64,000 nt of DNA from Candidatus Omnitrophota bacterium (lineage in GTDB: Bacteria; Omnitrophota; Gorgyraeia; Zapsychrales; Fredricksoniimonadaceae), in the NCBI GenBank assembly GCA_015233335.1, contig JADFXX010000004.1:15237-79236 (forward strand). Direction: 5' to 3'. The notes under the pieces are model-generated. The model was not told the DNA's origin. It ran no database searches and was given only the letters and a program-made list of their open reading frames with translations. The position numbers and the translations under genes were made by a program. Positions 59,280 to 64,000 of this stretch are shown here, piece after piece (positions within the stretch are counted from its first letter, which is position 1; each line of letters begins with the position of its first letter).

Positions 59280-62200
59280 TTACGCTGCAGCAGCCTCTTC
59301 TTTTGGCTCCCCTTCAACGATAGCTTTCTCCATGCGTATATCCAGACAAAGCCCTTGTAACTCTTTAACCAAAACGTTGAAAGATTCAGGAATCCCTGGA
59401 CTTAAAGCTTGTTCTCCCTTAACGATCGCTTCATAGATACGGCTTCGTCCAGTGACATCATCAGATTTAACAGTGAGCATTTCCTGCAAAGTATAAGCTG
59501 CCCCATAAGCCTCCAGGGCCCAAACTTCCATTTCTCCGAAACGCTGGCCGCCAAAATGGGCTTTACCTCCTAATGGCTGCTGTGTCACCAGAGAATAGGG
59601 GCCAATCGATCTGGCATGGATCTTTTCATCCACTAAGTGGTTGAGCTTCAACATGTAAATATAACCAACTGTGACCTTCTGCTCAAGAGGTAAGCCGGTA
59701 TAACCATCACAAACAACCGTTTTACCGTCCTCAGGCAGTCCGGCTTCTTTAAGCAGATCGCGAATTTCCTGTTCAGTGGCACCGTTAAAAACCGGCGTTT
59801 CACAATGAAACCCGAGTACTTTTGCGGCCCAGCCTAAATGAGTCTCCAAAAGCTGCCCTACATTCATACGAGAAGGCACCCCTAACGGATTTAGAACCAC
59901 GTCGACCGAACGGCCATCTTCTAAAAACGGCATGTCCTCTTCCGGCATGATACGCGACACTATGCCCTTATTTCCATGACGGCCCGCCATTTTATCACCG
60001 ACTTGTAATTTACGCTTGGTGGCTACGTAAACAACCACGCGTTTAAGAACCCCGGCAGGGAGTTCGTCGCCTCGACGAATACGATCCGTTTCCTGAGCTT
60101 CCTCTTCGGTCAGTTCCGCGATTTTGTCTAAATAAAAAGACATGATCTCACGGCCTTCCGAACCTTCTTCTATATCATCTAACGTTAATTTGCCAACCCG
60201 TTTTCGATCGATCCCAAGCGATTTAGACAGCTTCTCATCTTTTTCATGAATTATAAGATCGATTTCCTGTTTATAGTATTCTTTGATCTTGTTGATGGCC
60301 GTGGCTTCTTTAGCCTTGTCCTGTTTGGACTTGCGACCCCGCTCATTGCGCTGAAAAACTTCCACATTAACCACAAAACCTTCAATACCCGGAGACAATG
60401 TCAAAGATGTATCTCTTACATCCGCGGCTTTTTCACCGAATATGGCCCTCAAAAGCCTCTCTTCGGGCGAAAGTTCTTTTTCACTCTTGGGAGTAACCTT
60501 ACCAACAAGAATGTCCGTGGCTTTAACCTCAGCCCCGACGCGTACGATGCCCTCTTCCGTCAAATCCTTGAGAGCTTCTTCGGCGACATTGGGGATGTCC
60601 CGGGTAATCTCTTCGTTCCCCAATCGGGTCTCGCGGCATTCACATTCAAAACGTTCGACATGGATAGACGTAAAAACGTCTTCCCGCACAATACGTTCAT
60701 TGATCAAGATAGCGTCTTCGAAGTTATACCCGCGCCATGGCATGAACGCAACCAATACATTGCGCCCCAGAGCCAGACGGCCCTGCTGTGTACCAATGCC
60801 GTCAGCAATAGTCTGGCCAGCATCTACTTTCTGACCGAGTTTGACCAGCGGACGCTGATGAACACAGGTATTGGCATTAGAACGTTGGAAATTCTTTAAA
60901 GGATAAACTGACTTGCCAATCACGATTTCACGGCCGTCCACCTTGGTGACCGTACCAGCTTCACGGCTCAAAACAACGACACCAGAATCACGGGCCACTT
61001 TCTCTTCCATCCCGGTGCCGACTAAAGCTACTTCCGGCACCATCAAAGGCACGGATTGACGCTGCATGTTTGAACCCATCAGGGCTCTGTTCGCGTCATC
61101 ATGCTCCAAAAATGGAATCAAAGCTGCAGCGACGGATACCAATTGCTTAGGCGAAACATCCATGTACTCGATCTTGCCCGGCGGTACTCGGGGGAAATCT
61201 CCCTTATAACGGCAGGACACCAGACTTTCCGTGAACTTGCCTTCATGATCCACCGGCGAATTGGCCTGGGCAATATATTTATTCTGGTCCACATCCGCCG
61301 TCAGAAATTCAAACTTACGGGACACTTTCCCATCAGCCACTCGACGGTAAGGCGTTTCAATAAATCCTAATTCGTTAACACGAGCACAGGTGGTCAAAGA
61401 TGCGATCAAACCAATGTTCGGCCCTTCCGGTGTCTCAATAGGACAGACACGGCCATAATGGGTCGGATGAACGTCGCGCACCTCAAACCCGGCCCGCTCG
61501 CGGCTTAAACCACCGGGGCCTAAGGCGGACATACGACGCTTGTGGGTCATTTCGGAAAGCGGATTGACTTGATCCATAAACTGTGAGAGTTGACTGCGGG
61601 CAAAGAAATCCTGAATCTGATTGGAAAATAGACGTGAGTTGATCAAGTGATGAACCGTCAAATTTTCAAAAGAACTCATGACGACCAAACGCTCTTTAAT
61701 AGAGCGCTCGAGACGTGCGAGACCAATACGCACTTGATTCTGCACCAGCTCACCAACGGACTTGATGCGGCGGTTGCCCAAATGATCAATATCATCACAT
61801 TCCCCGCTGCCTTCACGCAGGGCAACCAAATATTTAATGACAGCGACCACGGTATCGATGTCCAGCACCCGATTATCCATGGCAACGCTCGTATTCAACT
61901 TGCGGTTGATTATATGACGGCCGACCTTGGAGAGATCATAACGTTTGGGATCAAAAAAGAGACGAAAAAATAAAGTTTCAGCTACCTCTACTGTCGCAGG
62001 TTCAGTCGGACGCATCTTACGATAAAAATCAAGCAGCGCCTCTTCTTTCGTCGTGGTGTGGTCCTTTTCAAGGGTGTTTTTCAATTTATCAAAACGGTCC
62101 CCCAACATCTTCTGCATATCTTCCAAAGATGACAAGCCCATGATGCGCAATATCTGAGAAGCCGGAAAATTACGGCGGCGATCCACGTATGCGATCAAAA

Positions 62201-62735
62201 CATCATTAAGGTCATATTTAATTTCGAACCAGGCCCCGCGGGAGGGAATCACACGGCCGTAATATATGCTTTTGCCTGTTGGGTGGGTTTCCTCTTCAAA
62301 AGAAACTCCCGGCGGTCGCTGGATCTGCGAAACTACGACACGCTCATCCCCATTAATAATAAAAGTACCGGTGTCCGTCATTAACGGAAAATCACCGAAA
62401 TAGACCTCCTGCTCCTTGATATCGACCGGCGTAATCAGCCGTAACTTGACTTTCAAGGGAGCGGCATAGGTCATGCCCCGGCGTTGACATTCATAACGGG
62501 AATATTTTTCTTTACCGATATTATAACCAATGTATTCAAGACGGATCTGGGCATCATAGCTTTCCAGCGGAAAAACCTCGCGGAAAACCTCCTCTAACCC
62601 CTGATCCTTCCGCTTATCCGAAGAAATATTCCTTTGCAGGAACTCTTCATAAGAAAGAGTTTGAATATCTAGAAGCTTGGGTAACTCAAAATTATCCTGA
62701 AACTTACTAAAATCTTTGACTTTTAGCTTTTCCAT
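59280..62735 (-). CDS. rpoB: DNA-directed RNA polymerase subunit beta
   Basis: 1151 aa. Conserved regions including ...GRHGNKGIVSRI... and ...GGQRFGEMEVWALEAYGAAYTLQE... Confidence 0.98.
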   Translation of the reverse strand: MEKLKVKDFSKFQDNFELPKLLDIQTLSYEEFLQRNISSDKRKDQGLEEVFREVFPLESYDAQIRLEYIGYNIGKEKYSRYECQRRGMTYAAPLKVKLRLITPVDIKEQEVYFGDFPLMTDTGTFIINGDERVVVSQIQRPPGVSFEEETHPTGKSIYYGRVIPSRGAWFEIKYDLNDVLIAYVDRRRNFPASQILRIMGLSSLEDMQKMLGDRFDKLKNTLEKDHTTTKEEALLDFYRKMRPTEPATVEVAETLFFRLFFDPKRYDLSKVGRHIINRKLNTSVAMDNRVLDIDTVVAVIKYLVALREGSGECDDIDHLGNRRIKSVGELVQNQVRIGLARLERSIKERLVVMSSFENLTVHHLINSRLFSNQIQDFFARSQLSQFMDQVNPLSEMTHKRRMSALGPGGLSRERAGFEVRDVHPTHYGRVCPIETPEGPNIGLIASLTTCARVNELGFIETPYRRVADGKVSRKFEFLTADVDQNKYIAQANSPVDHEGKFTESLVSCRYKGDFPRVPPGKIEYMDVSPKQLVSVAAALIPFLEHDDANRALMGSNMQRQSVPLMVPEVALVGTGMEEKVARDSGVVVLSREAGTVTKVDGREIVIGKSVYPLKNFQRSNANTCVHQRPLVKLGQKVDAGQTIADGIGTQQGRLALGRNVLVAFMPWRGYNFEDAILINERIVREDVFTSIHVERFECECRETRLGNEEITRDIPNVAEEALKDLTEEGIVRVGAEVKATDILVGKVTPKSEKELSPEERLLRAIFGEKAADVRDTSLTLSPGIEGFVVNVEVFQRNERGRKSKQDKAKEATAINKIKEYYKQEIDLIIHEKDEKLSKSLGIDRKRVGKLTLDDIEEGSEGREIMSFYLDKIAELTEEEAQETDRIRRGDELPAGVLKRVVVYVATKRKLQVGDKMAGRHGNKGIVSRIMPEEDMPFLEDGRSVDVVLNPLGVPSRMNVGQLLETHLGWAAKVLGFHCETPVFNGATEQEIRDLLKEAGLPEDGKTVVCDGYTGLPLEQKVTVGYIYMLKLNHLVDEKIHARSIGPYSLVTQQPLGGKAHFGGQRFGEMEVWALEAYGAAYTLQEMLTVKSDDVTGRSRIYEAIVKGEQALSPGIPESFNVLVKELQGLCLDIRMEKAIVEGEPKEEAAAA

Positions 62736-62750
62736 ATGGTCCCGTCAATG

Positions 62751-62789
62751 CCCCTATACTTTGATTTGCCGAAGGCAAATTCATAGGGG
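62751..62789 (-). promoter_or_regulatory. Nested hairpin in the rplL-rpoB spacer (possible attenuator or processing site)
   Basis: cccctat (62751-62757) pairs with atagggg (62783-62789), enclosing a 7-bp stem atttgcc/ggcaaat (62764-62780). No U-tract follows. Confidence 0.3.
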
Positions 62790-62856
62790 GAAGGTTAATG
62801 ATGGTCTAAAAGACGTGTGTCAGAAGCAGAGACCTTTAATAGATATGTTCTCAAAA

Positions 62857-63264
62857 TTACTTGAGCTCAACTTTAGCGCCAGCAGCTTCAAGTTTTTTCT
62901 TGAGTTCTTCAGCTTCGGCTTTGGGAACAGATTCCTTAACGGTCTTAGGGGCTGACTCAACCAATGTTTTGGCTTCAGCCAGACCTAAGTTGGTTACTGC
63001 ACGCACTTCTTTAATAACGCCAATCTTTTTAGCAGGATCAACTTCTTTCAAAATAACATCAAAGGATGTTTTTTCCTCAACTGGTGCGGCAGCTGCTGCA
63101 GCTCCACCACCCGCAGCAACGGCCACAGGAGCCGCGGCTGAAATACCAAGTCTGTCTTCCATCGCCTTGACCAACTCGGCTAATTCTAGGACGGTCAGAC
63201 CGGTAACTTCCTTGTAAATCCCCTCTAATTTAGGGGCTAATTCTTTAACGGCTGTGTCAGACAT
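62857..63264 (-). CDS. rplL: 50S ribosomal protein L7/L12
   Basis: Start trimmed to ATG 63264 ([20 protein letters not shown]...), preceded by GGGAGGG. Has an Ala-rich hinge and the C-terminal sequence [19 protein letters not shown]. Confidence 0.95.
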   Translation of the reverse strand: MSDTAVKELAPKLEGIYKEVTGLTVLELAELVKAMEDRLGISAAAPVAVAAGGGAAAAAAPVEEKTSFDVILKEVDPAKKIGVIKEVRAVTNLGLAEAKTLVESAPKTVKESVPKAEAEELKKKLEAAGAKVELK

Positions 63265-63268
63265 CTTA

Positions 63269-63790
63269 CTACCCTCCCTTTTCACTTTTCTGTTTTAAAA
63301 TTGACATAAAATCACGTGTTTTAGCATTCAAGCCCGAAGCAAAACGGGTCATCGGAGCTACCATTGTACCTAAAAGTTTTGCCAAAAGCACTTCACGCGA
63401 CGGTAGATCAGACAAAGTCTTTATTTGCTCTTCACTTAAAACAGCTCCATCAAGCAAGCCGCCACGGACTACAAAACCCTCAAAATCTTTCGCGAATTTA
63501 ACAAGTACTTTAGAAACTTCAGACGCGTCCGCATCGCTTAAAACCAAAGCCATTTGTCCCTCAATACGCCCAGCCAAATCTTCATATTGAGCCTCTTTAA
63601 ATGCAATGCGCGCTACTGATGTCTTAGACACTAGAACTTCAGCTTTTTTACGTCTCAAATCCTTGCGCAATATATTCATTTGAGCGGAAGAAATACCGCG
63701 ATAAGAAACCACAAAGGCGCTGGATTTCTGAGAAATACCTTCCTTAACAGAAGCAGCCATCTTTTTTCTATAAAGCGTTCCAACTTTCAT
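63269..63790 (-). CDS. rplJ: 50S ribosomal protein L10
   Basis: 173 aa, in the canonical position upstream of rplL. Contains ...[20 protein letters not shown]... Confidence 0.9.
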   Translation of the reverse strand: MKVGTLYRKKMAASVKEGISQKSSAFVVSYRGISSAQMNILRKDLRRKKAEVLVSKTSVARIAFKEAQYEDLAGRIEGQMALVLSDADASEVSKVLVKFAKDFEGFVVRGGLLDGAVLSEEQIKTLSDLPSREVLLAKLLGTMVAPMTRFASGLNAKTRDFMSILKQKSEKGG

Positions 63791-64000
63791 AGAGCCACCT
63801 TTACGCCTGGTCCCATTGTTGTTGCCAAGGCCAGACTTTTAATTAAATTACCTTTGACCGCCGCAGGTTTAGCATGATTGACAGCTTCAATGACATGCTG
63901 GGCATTTTCTACTAGCTTGTTCTCCTCAAAGGAACGTTTTCCAATACCTAAATGTATACCTCCCTGCTTGTCGGATTTAAACTCAACCCGGCCGGCTTTA
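63787..64000 (-). CDS. rplA: 50S ribosomal protein L1, C-terminal part (gene runs off the right edge)
   Basis: Manual translation gives ...[70 protein letters not shown]. The stop overlaps the rplJ start (ATGA). Confidence 0.85.
   Translation of the reverse strand, partial: KAGRVEFKSDKQGGIHLGIGKRSFEENKLVENAQHVIEAVNHAKPAAVKGNLIKSLALATTMGPGVKVAL

Overview
A gene-dense bacterial chromosomal segment. From about 4.8 kb to the right edge, everything is on the minus strand; only comF, lptF and lptG are on the plus strand. The right half (34.9-64 kb) is one uninterrupted translation/transcription cluster: rplA(partial)-rplJ-rplL-rpoB-rpoC-rpsL-rpsG-fusA-tuf, then S10/spc/alpha genes through rplQ, ending in a clear intrinsic terminator. 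The left half holds housekeeping genes: ssb-recQ, lysS-lolCE-lolD, ilvE-mcsA-mcsB-clpC, mlaE-mlaF-mlaD, radA-yacL, ispD-ispF-cysE-cysS, tmk-holB-ricT, metG-mtnA, thiL-tsaE-tsaB-alr, lptF-lptG, comF, pyrE and maf. Gene content (Lpt, Mla, Lol) points to a diderm cell envelope, while local gene order resembles Bacillus. I cannot assign a taxon from the sequence alone. I found no rRNA, tRNA, CRISPR array, transposase or obvious defence system. What the gene calls do not explain is the non-coding DNA. Six of the intergenic spacers longer than about 100 nt carry long imperfect palindromes. Two of these families have two copies each in the window. In one family, every substitution in the 61-nt apical module is a compensatory base-pair change. 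A fifth class is a short hairpin with a tandem G.A step, found at five gene junctions in the ribosomal-protein cluster. Other points of interest: recQ seems to need a non-canonical (probably AUU) start codon; an HNH-like gene is interrupted by an in-frame TAA inside a small AT-richer islet; and rpoC overlaps rpsL by 44 nt. All homology calls come from reading the supplied translations, and no database search was run.
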